DNA of 64,000 nt from a virus (IMGVR_UViG_3300032070_000613:32001-96000); one strand, 5' to 3'; counted from the stretch's first letter, positions 27,536 to 38,805 are shown. The notes: generated by a model not told the origin, from the letters alone. Numbers and translations: made by a program.

Positions 27536-30500
27536 ATGGGATCGGAAATATTTAAATTAAAATCTCTCTACATGGATGATACGGTAGTCCGCGGCTCTCG
27601 CCTCAGCATAAAAAATGCTAAAGAGACTAAGACTATACTGACTAATCCCGGAAACGACCCCCAGGTAAAAACAGGGGAGACAGGCGTCAATGTCGAATAT
27701 ATCATACAATCCTCTCTGATAGGAAACGATCTCAAAGGTCAGGGCACGTTCACGAATAACAGCGACGTGGTCCGGGACTACAGCGGCCCCCAGAATATAA
27801 AACACAACGATATCATACGCCTCGACTCAGATATCACTTTCTATAATGTCACCGGGATACAGGGCACCGACATATATCTGCAGGAAAAATACGTCAAAAA
27901 AGATACGAGCACTCCTGATGTGCAGACAGGACCCGCTACAGTAAGAAAAGTAAAACTGGATAGCGTCCAGTATGAAAAAGTCAGAAACCCAGAACCCTCT
28001 ACCTATATCTATTACGACAAAGATAATATCGCCTGGGGTATAAAAGGTATACAACCCACCGGACCTTTTACGGCTCCTACAGCGGCAATGTCTTTTGAAA
28101 CCGGCATGAATATACAGTTTTTGCCGGGTACGAGCAGCAGTAAACCCGATCTCCTCACTATAGGCAGCGTCTATAAAACACTCGTAGATAATAACTCCAG
28201 CCCTATAGCCGATATCAGCCTCAGTCCTCTACCATATCCTCACGAGAGCCTGCAGGTCTATGAGGGACCAGCTAAAGGCAAACTGGATAAAAAAATCGAG
28301 GGTGAAGACTACGTCGTAAACTATAGCCAGAGTCCTGAATATAAAACTCCTATGCCACCCTACGAAGAAAGACAGGGGGCCTATTTAAAATTCCTGGATA
28401 AGCTGACTAATGAAGTCCAGGTGCCCTCGATCAATGCTACGTTTGAGGGCAATATAGCTATAACCAAACAAACAGGAGGGACTAATCTCGTCACTCCCGT
28501 GAGCGATATCATCCCCGGAGATAAGTTTTCTATAAAAGTGGGAGATGCTGAAAAAAGAACCAATGCGGAGTATATCGCCAACTATGCTGCCGGTATAGTG
28601 ACATTCGTGAAACATCGCAACTCTGAATATCTCATCGACAACATATCCTATATCAAAAAAATAATATGGGACGGCATCAGTGTCATCAAAGGCGTACCCG
28701 AGGGACAGGTACAGAACGTCTCTAGCCTGGTGATACCGCCTATATCGGGGCTGGCTGGAGTGAGCGGAATGGTCTGCTATGAGGACACAGACCAGAATAA
28801 TCTGATCAGAGACACCGATTATACGATAGATCCTGAGTCGGGGGCTATCGGTCTCACGACGCCTTTAAAAAGTACTGAATCCGTCCTGGTATCGTATTAT
28901 GTAGAGGGAGAGGATGTCACAGAAGAAGCCGTGGCCCTGAATGATATGCGGGTGAATAAATACCCGGTCATATCCGGATCTGTGACTATCACTAAAAAAT
29001 TTAGAGCGACTCAGGATAATCAGGAGACTACAAGTACAAAAATCCTGATAGAGGGACAGGACTATACTTTTTATTATACTACCGGCAGGATATCTTTGCT
29101 GAATGTCTCCGCGGAGGAGGAACTGCTATCACTCCAGGCAAACTATACTCCCATGGCCCAGATAAACTGCATCCTGCAGTCCGTCCCTGGAGACAACCTC
29201 AAATACAGAATGACCATCGTCGATGATATAGTCAAAGTGGTGGATGTAGAAAAATTGATTTTCAAAATAAATAATCCTGTGGTGTCCGCGCCGGTAAAAA
29301 ATCTTTTTCCTGATCAGTCTAACAACAAAAACTATACGTTCTCAGGTACGGTACTCCCTGGCAGTCTCCTATGGGTGAAAAATGAATCTGGTACTAAAAA
29401 TTTTGATGTGACGGGATATGGCTATGAAGATCTATCCAGGCAGATAGACCTGGATGAGACGCTGAGCGCTCAACGTCCTGAGACAGAAGAACTCATAGTA
29501 GCTACCTATAGTTTTGAGTCTGAGGTGCTCCCCTACGCTCCTGCTATAATCCTCAATGTGATATTCAATAGTGGGGACGACGGTTTTATAATCGAGGGTT
29601 TCAATAGGACCGATACACTCAAAGAGGGTATGATCCTCCGTGTGGATAATTTTGATCCCGAGCATACGTTCTATTTTAAAATCAAAGAAGTCTCGTATAA
29701 ATACGGCAATACTCTGGTGAAGCTATATGGCTCTTTCTCTGAAACCATAATCAACCCTACATTTTATTTGTTTGATGATACCGTGACCTGGGTGGATCTA
29801 CCGAGCGGGACTACGATAGACACTACAGCCCCTATACAGGCTGAGTCTATCATCCTCCACGGGAATCCTCTACAGATCAGTCAGAGTATAAAAAAAGATA
29901 CCATGCTGATGATAAACGATCAGCAGATTTATTCGGTGTCCTCCGTGACTACTGACGCGAATAAAACTACCATAGGGATATTCCCGTTTTTAGAACAGCC
30001 CGTCACAGGCACTATACGGTACTCGAGTCTGCCGGTACACACTGAGGGAGACACCAGGCTCCCCTCTCAATACCTCACCCTCCTGAGTCCTACGCAGCCA
30101 GCGTTTACTCTGAGCTATCAGGCTCCTACGGGGTTCGAGGGTAGCGCCAAAATCCTGATAGATAATAAAAAAATTGTGATTACAGAGGCCATCCGCGGTA
30201 TCGTGAATCCCGTGGCATATACCTACACGATAGCGGACTACACTGACCTATACTCCCTGGCAAAAGCCATCCAGGCGACTCCCTCTACCTATCGGACCAA
30301 TGTCCCGTGGGCGGGAGTGCCTGACTATAATCCGTTTACGATCTCTCCCGCAGGCGGCGCTCAGGAGGATTATTATCTCTCGGCAGGGGCCTGGAGTGCT
30401 GATTTGATCATACCGTTTGAGGACAGTACGCCTATAGATCTCCCCTATACGATCCAGATAGTGCCCGAGCTATTCAAATGGACTCTCCTCCAGGCTTTTG

Positions 30501-33500
30501 TATCTGAGTCCTCATTCCTGATAAAAAATGCTGACAGGACTGGTATGTTTCTCTCGGGTAACCTGCTGGCGTTTAGGAGCAGGATAGATGGAAAAATTTA
30601 TTTCTTCGAGGTAGATAAATCAAAACTCGTAGATGATCCTGATGACAGCACTAAAAAAAATACAGAGGTCGATCTAAAAGATTCTTTCAGGGTGAATTTG
30701 CTGAATCCTACAGTCTATAAGTACGACTCGGTATCCTGGGTCGATACAGACAATAGGATTTCAGATTTTGATTATGATCAATCTACACTGACTTTTGCAG
30801 GGGCTCCACAGGGTAATTTGAGAAAGGGCACTCTGCTGCAGATAGGCGGGAGATATATCTATCAGGTCACTGGAGTGACCGTCGATACTGACTCCTACAC
30901 TATAAAAATGTCCCCCGATCTTTCTACCGGGATGTCTTTAGAGAGCTATCCTGGTTTTATAAAACAGAGTACAGTCCCTGTCTATCTGGATGACATAGGT
31001 CCTCAGCCTTTCATGGCGCTACAGTATACTGTCCCTAAAGGGCATACTGGTAGTGCAAAAATAAAAGTAGACGTAGATAGTGTCACTCTGGTAGAGACTG
31101 TAGATAATTTCAGTACCAAGAGTACGACCCTCTTTTTTGAGGACTATGCTGATATCATCGAGCTCTCGAGTGCTTTAAAGGATGTGCCTTCATATGTCAC
31201 TCCGGATAAACCGTATACGGTCGTGATACCGGAGACCTATGTAGCATCTCTCAAAGGGGATGGTTTCAGCAATTTCAAACTGAGGCCTACATACGGTAGT
31301 TTTGTAGCGCTCCCGAGTAATATACTCATAGCGGTGTCTGCTTTTGAAATAAATTACACTGCTCCTGCGGGCTATGTAGGTGATGCAGAGGTCAAAATAT
31401 CTGATACTCGGATCCTCCTGAAAGAGACTATCGTAAATTATCATGCCGGGCAGGATGTCTCTAAAGAGATCAGGATAGATTACGCTGGCACTAAAGATCT
31501 GCAGGACATCGCGCTCAATTTGATCCCAGCGATTACATCTCTGGTACCCGGAGACGTCAAACCCTACTCCTGTACGCTTCTAAACGGGGCTCTATTCGAT
31601 AGGGGTCCGTGGGGGAGTACTCATGTGGTCCCGTACTCAGAGGACTATCTGGCGGCTCCTGTGAAGGTTTCAGGGGCTATAGACGGGGCCTACTGGTATG
31701 TGCTGGGGCCTCTGAATGAGCGCAGGCTGGTACAGGGTACTGATTACACGATAGAGACGGGTACTGTCACACTCACGAGTCCTATTATCGCGCTCGATCG
31801 TTTTAGATACAGCTATATGGGTCTGTGGAATCTGGCGGAGGATGAGGGGTCGGCTGTCACGTGCTCGTGTCGATATTTTACGACGCTGTCCACGGGGTCT
31901 CGTGTAGATGTTTACATGGACTACCTGAACATAGATCAATTTTATTTGCAGAAGCTCACTGAGAGGTTGTTTTCCCAGATAGTAGTAGCGCCTCAGATAA
32001 CGGAGATCCTGTCTCAGATGGGTAGTGGAGGACAGAGTAATGACAGCGGGGCCAATAATAATGCTGTGCAGAACTATGTGGGTGGACTGGCGGACCTGAA
32101 TTATGCTCTACGTGATGAGCAGATAAAAAAGCAGCTCTATCTCAGATTTTATCAGTGGTATAAAGATCGATTACGGAATCTATCCGCGGAGCTCCAGCTC
32201 ACTCTGGGATTCAAATTCGCTCATAGTAACTCTCTGGGTTTGAATAATGGTCAGTATACTTTGGACGATGAATATGTAGAGGATGAGGATTATACTCTCA
32301 CTAAAGATGAGGATATTGATCAGATCAGTAATGGTTTCTCGGATTTTTTCCCGGTAGGGTATGATGGGACGGCCCCTAAATATTATGACAGGTTTGGGAG
32401 GGAGTATCTCTCCTACAACTCTGTCTATTGCTGCAATATCAAACGTACTAATGCGGATCGATCTGTGTCTACTGTGGGTATGATAAAGTCTGAAAATCCT
32501 TATTGGAATAGAGGTCTCGATTTCGTGGTATGGGATGATGCGTATGTCACTAAAAATCTGGTAGCTAATTATAGTGTAGATGTGCCCGCTGCGGACAGGA
32601 CTTTTAGTAGTGGGACGTATACTTTCCTGAAGAGGGTATCTGTAGGGGATAAAGTACGCGTATCAAAATATAAGGATTATTATGAGATAGATCAGATAGT
32701 GTCTCCTCCGGGAAAAAATTATGAATATCTGATCCTCAAGACAGCGTTCACGTCTGGGTTGAAGAAGAAAAAAAAGAAAAGGGGTATAAAGACTTTTGAT
32801 GTGCATTTGGGGAGTGACGGTCAGTCGGTTATGAAAAACAGAGCGGGTACTCATATTTATTTTGATCAGCTGATGGATGCGCTCCCGCCTGATGGATTCA
32901 GTATTTATGTGCAGCGGCAGGAAAAAGAGCCATTCCCTATGGCGGATGATTACGGCAGTCTGGGGGCCTCCGCGTATGGTGAGCAGATCGAGGGTCAGGT
33001 CACCAATACGCGCCGTATCAAAAAGCCTTTTTTGAAATTGCTACTCGCGTTGTTGTTCCCTCTATCAGATTCGATAGCGGAGGAGACCAAGAATTTTAAA
33101 ATTCAAGTGAAGAAAGACTCCGAGGGTCCCTGGGAGGATCTTGATCCTATCGATTTGAGTAAACTCAGTTTCAAAGAGGAACGCAATGTAGATGATGTTT
33201 TGGATAGTCTGCGATATGATTTTACAGAGATAGCATCCCTGCCTGGAAAAAAGTTCTATGATATCAAAGAAGATGAAACTAAAGGATTTCACCAGCAGTT
33301 TTATTTGAGTTTTGAGAAGATTTATGATGCGGATACCCCTGGTGGATATTTCGAGGGCATCGTGCTGCGGGCGAAAGACAGGGCATGGTGGTTTAGGATA
33401 GTGGATGGTGGTACTGAGGATATCATAGACAATTATGGGTTTGACTCCTCTAATGAGTACAGAAATTTTTATGATCCCGATAACATTTTCAAAAAAATGT

Positions 33501-36500
33501 TGAAGGAAAAACAGGCCTGGGAGACAGAGAGTCTCATAATAAAAGATCTCTATGACCATAGTGATAAATTAGCGCGTGCTTTTGATCAGGGAGACATGAA
33601 TCGGGCTAATAGTAGATATCAGGGATATCTCGCTAAACAGGACATTTCCACTCTTTTTACTACTACTTTCTCGGTCACCAAAGAGATATCAGGTATAATC
33701 TCCGATATTCTCACTACCGGTATAAATATTCCATCAGGCACGTTTGTCACTGTGAGCAGCACCGGTGGCACTCTACCAGTCCCTTTGAAAGAAGGCACCG
33801 TCTACTATGTGATAAATACGGGTGATAAAAAATGTAGACTGGCTACCGTGACGAGTAATAATCAGCAGGGGTCGGATGTCAATATCACTGCTGGGGGGAC
33901 TAAAGATAGCAGTAAAAAAACGGATACTGTACCATATTCGCTGAAAATGGACCAAGCTAATCCTGAGGGTATCTCTGATGTACTCACCGCCAGTATACCC
34001 GCCTATGAGCCGCAGCTGGGATTTTTGATAGATGGTCAGGGCCCCGTGTATAGGACTCTCTATCCTGATCTGGTCCACCCAGAGGATAGTGCCTCTCGGT
34101 CTATTGCTGCCACCTACCAGCAGACGAGTATGGCTCTCGGTATATATAGTGGTGCGTGGCAGAAAGAGCAGTTTTTCAAGAATCTCAATTATACGAATAA
34201 TAGTACATGGAAAAATGATTATATCCGGTGGGTGCTCGGTTTTTCTCCTGGTTTGATTTATCAAAAAGATGCCAAGCAGATGTATGAGCAGAATCTCGGA
34301 GTGATTACGGTAGGTTTAAAAGAGCTGCCCGCTTTGAGATTCAGACTGGTCCCTAGCACTGTTTTCTCGGTAGAGAACGCCACGCTGACGGTGTCCTGGG
34401 ACAATAGCGGCAAATATATACGAGTCATTTTTGATGTGGTCAATATAGCTGATCCATCTGATGTAGATATCGGTGTCTCTGTCGTGTTCAAGCTCTATGA
34501 CATAGTCTCAGTAAAAGGTATCGATACTCTCATATATAAAATGTTGGGAGAGGTCTGCGCTGATATTAATGCCTATAGATTTTATAAGTATAGTGGGGTG
34601 CCTTTATTTTCCTGTGAGGACATTTTTGCATATTACGAATACAATATCACTTCGAAAATGCTCGCTGTATACGGCATCCCGGTAGATGTCGCGACAGGGG
34701 CCGTTTTGAGTGTGACTACGGTGGAGGACCATCGTAGCTCAGACCCGAGAGTGTTGTTTCTCAATAAAGGTATAGAGGATAGGCTCTATACCCATGTGAT
34801 TCGTAACATACCGGCGTTTAATCTCGGATATACGGGGGATTACTATAGACAGAGTCTGGATGGTCCTGCTATACAGATCATCAATATAGCGCCTATGCCA
34901 AATATGTCCTATAGCGTAAATTTAGATGGAGCAGGTAAAAAGCAGTTGGTAATAAAGTATGGGGCTCCGTCACTGAATTTGTCGGCGGTGTTTCCTATTT
35001 ATAATGCATCGACTGACACCTACAAGACACTGAGTGAGCTGGCCCAGAGTATCAATGGATATCTTTATCGTACGTATAATATTTTTCGTGCCACTGTTTT
35101 GTATACTACTTATCCCGCGGCCAATCTATCCGCTGATTGTTTGTCTCTGTGTAATGATTTTATCCCGGCTACACTGTCAGCGGGGCATCTGACAAACATT
35201 GTGTATGTGCATGTACAGACCGGTCTGGATGATATCGACCCGGAGATCAATCAGGGTATTTACCGGGTGTTTTATGATACAGATGCCAGGAAAAAATTAG
35301 AGATACGATTCAATGAGATAATAGTAAATGGGTCTCGCATTGAGGAAACCCGTAATACCGGTGCTCGTTTCGTGATTGATTTTCAAAATCCCGATGGGAC
35401 TTTCAAAACTCTTACGAAGTTCTGTACTGATGTGTCAGTCACTGAATATAAACATACAAAATTATTTACGGCTACGCCTGCCCATACAGACAGTCCTGAG
35501 GCCACTCAGTATATAATCGTGGATAATACCGATCGATTCCTGGGGTTTGATAAATCTGATACTGTGTATATGGATACGTATACAGTGGATATCAATGACC
35601 CCGCGACAGCTCGGAGTGTGCTCAACACTCAAAATGCATATTTTTCTCATCCGATATATACCTCCAACGGTAATCCTAATAAATTACCCATAGACGGTAT
35701 ACCGGTGTCAGGTGAGTGGGACACTACTGTGAGTGAGCAGGTGCTCTCATTGAGCTGTAAAAACGGTACTACCTGGGAGGTGACTTTCAATGATTATGAG
35801 AGTGGCTCGAATAAAAGTTTCAAACCTACCCAGGAGATAATCAATCTGATAGATACTGCGCATAGTTTGACTGAGGGGCAGTTCCAGAGTATAGGTAATG
35901 TCGAGGACCGCCCTGTAGTAGCGATGATTAAAGAGCTCGTACTGAGGAGGATCCCCTACGCAGATGTTACTATAATATCAGAAATTTTTACCGTTGATAT
36001 ATCTACTGATGAGTTGTCGGTGGCATTGCCTGATTGGTCTGTAGGAGATGTGGTAAAATTTATTACGACGGGTACGTTACCTGATCCATTTGTCGTGAAT
36101 AATATTTATTATGTGATCAGCAAAACCGGTACTGGTAATAGTATCAAATTAAAAGTGTCATCTACATCTGGAGGGCCAGTAATAGACATAACGACTGTAG
36201 GGACAGGTATCCATACTGTTACGAGACAGTCTGTAAATGTACTGAAGATCAGTCTGAGGGAAAATGACACGATCAATAAACTGGCGGCGGCTATAAATAA
36301 CGCCAGATTTAATACTGATGGACAGGTAGATTCTGATCCTGATAAAGGCATCATCCAATATTTTACTGCGACCGTTTTGGGAGATACTGCCATCCAGGGA
36401 GAATATAAAAGCTATGAGCTCGCGGCTGAGTATTTGCCCATAATCAGGAGTTTCTCTGTGGTGAGCGCTACAGGGAGTACTTTTAAACAGAATTATCTCA

Positions 36501-38644
36501 TAGGATGGGAGATTGCTACTACCAATCTCACGGTAGATCAGACGGATGCTCTGACCATGTCCGCTAAAAGATACAGTCCAGGAGACACATATAAATTCAC
36601 GGTGAGCCCTCCTGATGTGGCATATACTGATACTCTGTTAAATAATCCTCAGGGATTCAGGAGGGACATCCTGGCTTTTGACGTGTACTGCTGGGACATC
36701 AGTGGCTATTTTGAGATAAAGGACAACTGGATTTATTTCAGGAGCGCCCTGGTAGGATATACCGCGGAATCCGACATGGGACAGCCTGATAAAACGATAG
36801 GGCATGGTATACCCCTGGCAGGGTCCGGACACGCGCTAGCCCCTGCGAATGAAAGTATAGGGGCTCTGGTCGCCAGGATGAATGCTGATAGTGTAGTGAA
36901 AAAGTATTTCTATGTGAAACTCAATTTTTCCAGATATCAGGATGCTACACAGAAAACGCTGCCGGAAAATCCTGGATTTTTTGAGTATGGCTATCTGCCT
37001 AATTATCATGTTACAGTGCCCCAGTCTCAGCTGGATAAGGTCATGCTCAGGAACGACTCCGTGATGACGCTGGGGCCGGGAGTAGGATATCAGTTTACTG
37101 CGTCGTCCTATGCTATAAATGACGCAGCGGACACGATGGATTTGTCGTGTAGCTGGCAATATAGCTATGAATATTCTAAAGAATATGTTTTGACATCAGC
37201 ATTACTGGATACTATATCTGAGCTGGTAGGAGTGATAAATACGGAGACAGCGCCGTATGTATCGACTTCTATTTTTGAGGCATATGTAGTGGGTACTCAC
37301 GGGTCTGATGCGAGTAATACTTTGATGACTGGTACTGGTGTCATAGAGGAAAAAGATGAACACTTCACAGCCAATGTATTTACAAATCAATTATCAGTAT
37401 CTAGAACGGACTGGGCTGTAAATGATGTCGTGAGATTCAGCTCTACATTTCTGCTGCCGACACCATTGGTAGCAGGCACTGATTATTATGTAGTGAGTAA
37501 AACAGGTACAGGTACGAGTATAAAGTTGAGAGTCTCTACTACATTTGGAGGGAGTCCTGTAGATATTCTCACTCCTGGAGCTGGTATCCATACTATCCAT
37601 AGGAGATACACCAATATCTACATAGCGACAGCAGTGAGTGCCATACAGATAAAAGTGAGGAATCTCACTGGAGTAAATTTCAGTATATCTAGCGCCAGTT
37701 TTAATAGGTCTCCAGCTAGGAATAGTCTCATTTTACGCTGCAGAATATCATATAATGATACTTCTTCTTTTCTAGGTCAGAATATTAATATGACTATGAA
37801 AGATCTGGCTCAGACCATATCTGATTTGAGGGGCTATACGGATTCGATCTTTCCTCCTTTATTCAGCTCCACCGTGATAAATGATATGTATCTCTATATG
37901 GGAGCTGATCGATTGTTGGATGTTGTTACTGGGACTATATCTCCGGGGACTGTGCTCTACGCCCACCTGAATGATCTCGTCGCTATGTATATGCTGAATA
38001 TGAATGCTCAGGCTAACTACACTGTGACGAATACTGTTTTTACAGCAGCATCCTATAAAAGATTTCACGAAACGCTACCCGCGGATAAAGATCTCCATAG
38101 CTGGATCGATAGCGTAATCATGGGGGACTATACGACAGGGATGGTCCAGATAGACATACTGCCTATAAAGGTAGAGGCCGTGGACTATGGACTGCTGGAG
38201 ATCATTCCTAAGACTCAGATGGTCACGGGTAATACGCCTGCGCATGGATATTTTGGTATACTGGGGGATATCCAGTGGATACAGATATCCGATCAGAATT
38301 TGCATGTACAGCTGAATTATATAAAGGAGAGGCTGGGGCAGCCCTGGAAGGATGCTCAGGGTAATGTACTCCTGGATAACTATACTCCAGAGAGATTTGA
38401 TACGCGCCCCGGCTATAATAATTTTTATGCGATTGATATGTCTAATTTTTTGGGGTATATGAAGACAGTGCGGTATAATCAGATCAAAAACAGTTTCGTC
38501 AATGAGGCCATAGTAAATAATAATTATTTCTGGCTGTACATGAAATTTCATAAGGAGTTCGGATGCGATCAGAGAGTGATAGCTCTGCAAAAACAGATAG
38601 CCTCAAAGAGCCAGGACCAGGAGACGATCGGGGATCTGGGCTGA
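27536..38644 (+). CDS. Giant (3702 aa) multidomain baseplate/fibre protein
   Basis: Uninterrupted ORF; repeated LxEGxDY beta-domains, ~10 TxxxLxxxIN modules, three TLP.PL..YYV modules. Confidence 0.7.
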   Translation: MGSEIFKLKSLYMDDTVVRGSRLSIKNAKETKTILTNPGNDPQVKTGETGVNVEYIIQSSLIGNDLKGQGTFTNNSDVVRDYSGPQNIKHNDIIRLDSDITFYNVTGIQGTDIYLQEKYVKKDTSTPDVQTGPATVRKVKLDSVQYEKVRNPEPSTYIYYDKDNIAWGIKGIQPTGPFTAPTAAMSFETGMNIQFLPGTSSSKPDLLTIGSVYKTLVDNNSSPIADISLSPLPYPHESLQVYEGPAKGKLDKKIEGEDYVVNYSQSPEYKTPMPPYEERQGAYLKFLDKLTNEVQVPSINATFEGNIAITKQTGGTNLVTPVSDIIPGDKFSIKVGDAEKRTNAEYIANYAAGIVTFVKHRNSEYLIDNISYIKKIIWDGISVIKGVPEGQVQNVSSLVIPPISGLAGVSGMVCYEDTDQNNLIRDTDYTIDPESGAIGLTTPLKSTESVLVSYYVEGEDVTEEAVALNDMRVNKYPVISGSVTITKKFRATQDNQETTSTKILIEGQDYTFYYTTGRISLLNVSAEEELLSLQANYTPMAQINCILQSVPGDNLKYRMTIVDDIVKVVDVEKLIFKINNPVVSAPVKNLFPDQSNNKNYTFSGTVLPGSLLWVKNESGTKNFDVTGYGYEDLSRQIDLDETLSAQRPETEELIVATYSFESEVLPYAPAIILNVIFNSGDDGFIIEGFNRTDTLKEGMILRVDNFDPEHTFYFKIKEVSYKYGNTLVKLYGSFSETIINPTFYLFDDTVTWVDLPSGTTIDTTAPIQAESIILHGNPLQISQSIKKDTMLMINDQQIYSVSSVTTDANKTTIGIFPFLEQPVTGTIRYSSLPVHTEGDTRLPSQYLTLLSPTQPAFTLSYQAPTGFEGSAKILIDNKKIVITEAIRGIVNPVAYTYTIADYTDLYSLAKAIQATPSTYRTNVPWAGVPDYNPFTISPAGGAQEDYYLSAGAWSADLIIPFEDSTPIDLPYTIQIVPELFKWTLLQAFVSESSFLIKNADRTGMFLSGNLLAFRSRIDGKIYFFEVDKSKLVDDPDDSTKKNTEVDLKDSFRVNLLNPTVYKYDSVSWVDTDNRISDFDYDQSTLTFAGAPQGNLRKGTLLQIGGRYIYQVTGVTVDTDSYTIKMSPDLSTGMSLESYPGFIKQSTVPVYLDDIGPQPFMALQYTVPKGHTGSAKIKVDVDSVTLVETVDNFSTKSTTLFFEDYADIIELSSALKDVPSYVTPDKPYTVVIPETYVASLKGDGFSNFKLRPTYGSFVALPSNILIAVSAFEINYTAPAGYVGDAEVKISDTRILLKETIVNYHAGQDVSKEIRIDYAGTKDLQDIALNLIPAITSLVPGDVKPYSCTLLNGALFDRGPWGSTHVVPYSEDYLAAPVKVSGAIDGAYWYVLGPLNERRLVQGTDYTIETGTVTLTSPIIALDRFRYSYMGLWNLAEDEGSAVTCSCRYFTTLSTGSRVDVYMDYLNIDQFYLQKLTERLFSQIVVAPQITEILSQMGSGGQSNDSGANNNAVQNYVGGLADLNYALRDEQIKKQLYLRFYQWYKDRLRNLSAELQLTLGFKFAHSNSLGLNNGQYTLDDEYVEDEDYTLTKDEDIDQISNGFSDFFPVGYDGTAPKYYDRFGREYLSYNSVYCCNIKRTNADRSVSTVGMIKSENPYWNRGLDFVVWDDAYVTKNLVANYSVDVPAADRTFSSGTYTFLKRVSVGDKVRVSKYKDYYEIDQIVSPPGKNYEYLILKTAFTSGLKKKKKKRGIKTFDVHLGSDGQSVMKNRAGTHIYFDQLMDALPPDGFSIYVQRQEKEPFPMADDYGSLGASAYGEQIEGQVTNTRRIKKPFLKLLLALLFPLSDSIAEETKNFKIQVKKDSEGPWEDLDPIDLSKLSFKEERNVDDVLDSLRYDFTEIASLPGKKFYDIKEDETKGFHQQFYLSFEKIYDADTPGGYFEGIVLRAKDRAWWFRIVDGGTEDIIDNYGFDSSNEYRNFYDPDNIFKKMLKEKQAWETESLIIKDLYDHSDKLARAFDQGDMNRANSRYQGYLAKQDISTLFTTTFSVTKEISGIISDILTTGINIPSGTFVTVSSTGGTLPVPLKEGTVYYVINTGDKKCRLATVTSNNQQGSDVNITAGGTKDSSKKTDTVPYSLKMDQANPEGISDVLTASIPAYEPQLGFLIDGQGPVYRTLYPDLVHPEDSASRSIAATYQQTSMALGIYSGAWQKEQFFKNLNYTNNSTWKNDYIRWVLGFSPGLIYQKDAKQMYEQNLGVITVGLKELPALRFRLVPSTVFSVENATLTVSWDNSGKYIRVIFDVVNIADPSDVDIGVSVVFKLYDIVSVKGIDTLIYKMLGEVCADINAYRFYKYSGVPLFSCEDIFAYYEYNITSKMLAVYGIPVDVATGAVLSVTTVEDHRSSDPRVLFLNKGIEDRLYTHVIRNIPAFNLGYTGDYYRQSLDGPAIQIINIAPMPNMSYSVNLDGAGKKQLVIKYGAPSLNLSAVFPIYNASTDTYKTLSELAQSINGYLYRTYNIFRATVLYTTYPAANLSADCLSLCNDFIPATLSAGHLTNIVYVHVQTGLDDIDPEINQGIYRVFYDTDARKKLEIRFNEIIVNGSRIEETRNTGARFVIDFQNPDGTFKTLTKFCTDVSVTEYKHTKLFTATPAHTDSPEATQYIIVDNTDRFLGFDKSDTVYMDTYTVDINDPATARSVLNTQNAYFSHPIYTSNGNPNKLPIDGIPVSGEWDTTVSEQVLSLSCKNGTTWEVTFNDYESGSNKSFKPTQEIINLIDTAHSLTEGQFQSIGNVEDRPVVAMIKELVLRRIPYADVTIISEIFTVDISTDELSVALPDWSVGDVVKFITTGTLPDPFVVNNIYYVISKTGTGNSIKLKVSSTSGGPVIDITTVGTGIHTVTRQSVNVLKISLRENDTINKLAAAINNARFNTDGQVDSDPDKGIIQYFTATVLGDTAIQGEYKSYELAAEYLPIIRSFSVVSATGSTFKQNYLIGWEIATTNLTVDQTDALTMSAKRYSPGDTYKFTVSPPDVAYTDTLLNNPQGFRRDILAFDVYCWDISGYFEIKDNWIYFRSALVGYTAESDMGQPDKTIGHGIPLAGSGHALAPANESIGALVARMNADSVVKKYFYVKLNFSRYQDATQKTLPENPGFFEYGYLPNYHVTVPQSQLDKVMLRNDSVMTLGPGVGYQFTASSYAINDAADTMDLSCSWQYSYEYSKEYVLTSALLDTISELVGVINTETAPYVSTSIFEAYVVGTHGSDASNTLMTGTGVIEEKDEHFTANVFTNQLSVSRTDWAVNDVVRFSSTFLLPTPLVAGTDYYVVSKTGTGTSIKLRVSTTFGGSPVDILTPGAGIHTIHRRYTNIYIATAVSAIQIKVRNLTGVNFSISSASFNRSPARNSLILRCRISYNDTSSFLGQNINMTMKDLAQTISDLRGYTDSIFPPLFSSTVINDMYLYMGADRLLDVVTGTISPGTVLYAHLNDLVAMYMLNMNAQANYTVTNTVFTAASYKRFHETLPADKDLHSWIDSVIMGDYTTGMVQIDILPIKVEAVDYGLLEIIPKTQMVTGNTPAHGYFGILGDIQWIQISDQNLHVQLNYIKERLGQPWKDAQGNVLLDNYTPERFDTRPGYNNFYAIDMSNFLGYMKTVRYNQIKNSFVNEAIVNNNYFWLYMKFHKEFGCDQRVIALQKQIASKSQDQETIGDLG

Positions 38645-38805
38645 AAAGAGCCCCTGCCTGGCAGATAGTGGAGGCTGGAGAGAGTAATGGTTTTGCAAAA
38701 GAGTTTGCAGAGCCTATACTCATATTGATGGCCAGTCTGTTGAAAAAAGAAGTAGAGGCGATGGAGCAGCAAATAAAAAGGGAAAAACATGTCCGTGCGC
38801 GTTAA
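38563..38805 (+). CDS. Small overlapping hypothetical protein (80 aa)
   Basis: TAAGGAG 5 nt before ATG 38563; helical C-terminus bridges the gap to 38789. Confidence 0.55.
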   Translation: MRSESDSSAKTDSLKEPGPGDDRGSGLKRAPAWQIVEAGESNGFAKEFAEPILILMASLLKKEVEAMEQQIKREKHVRAR

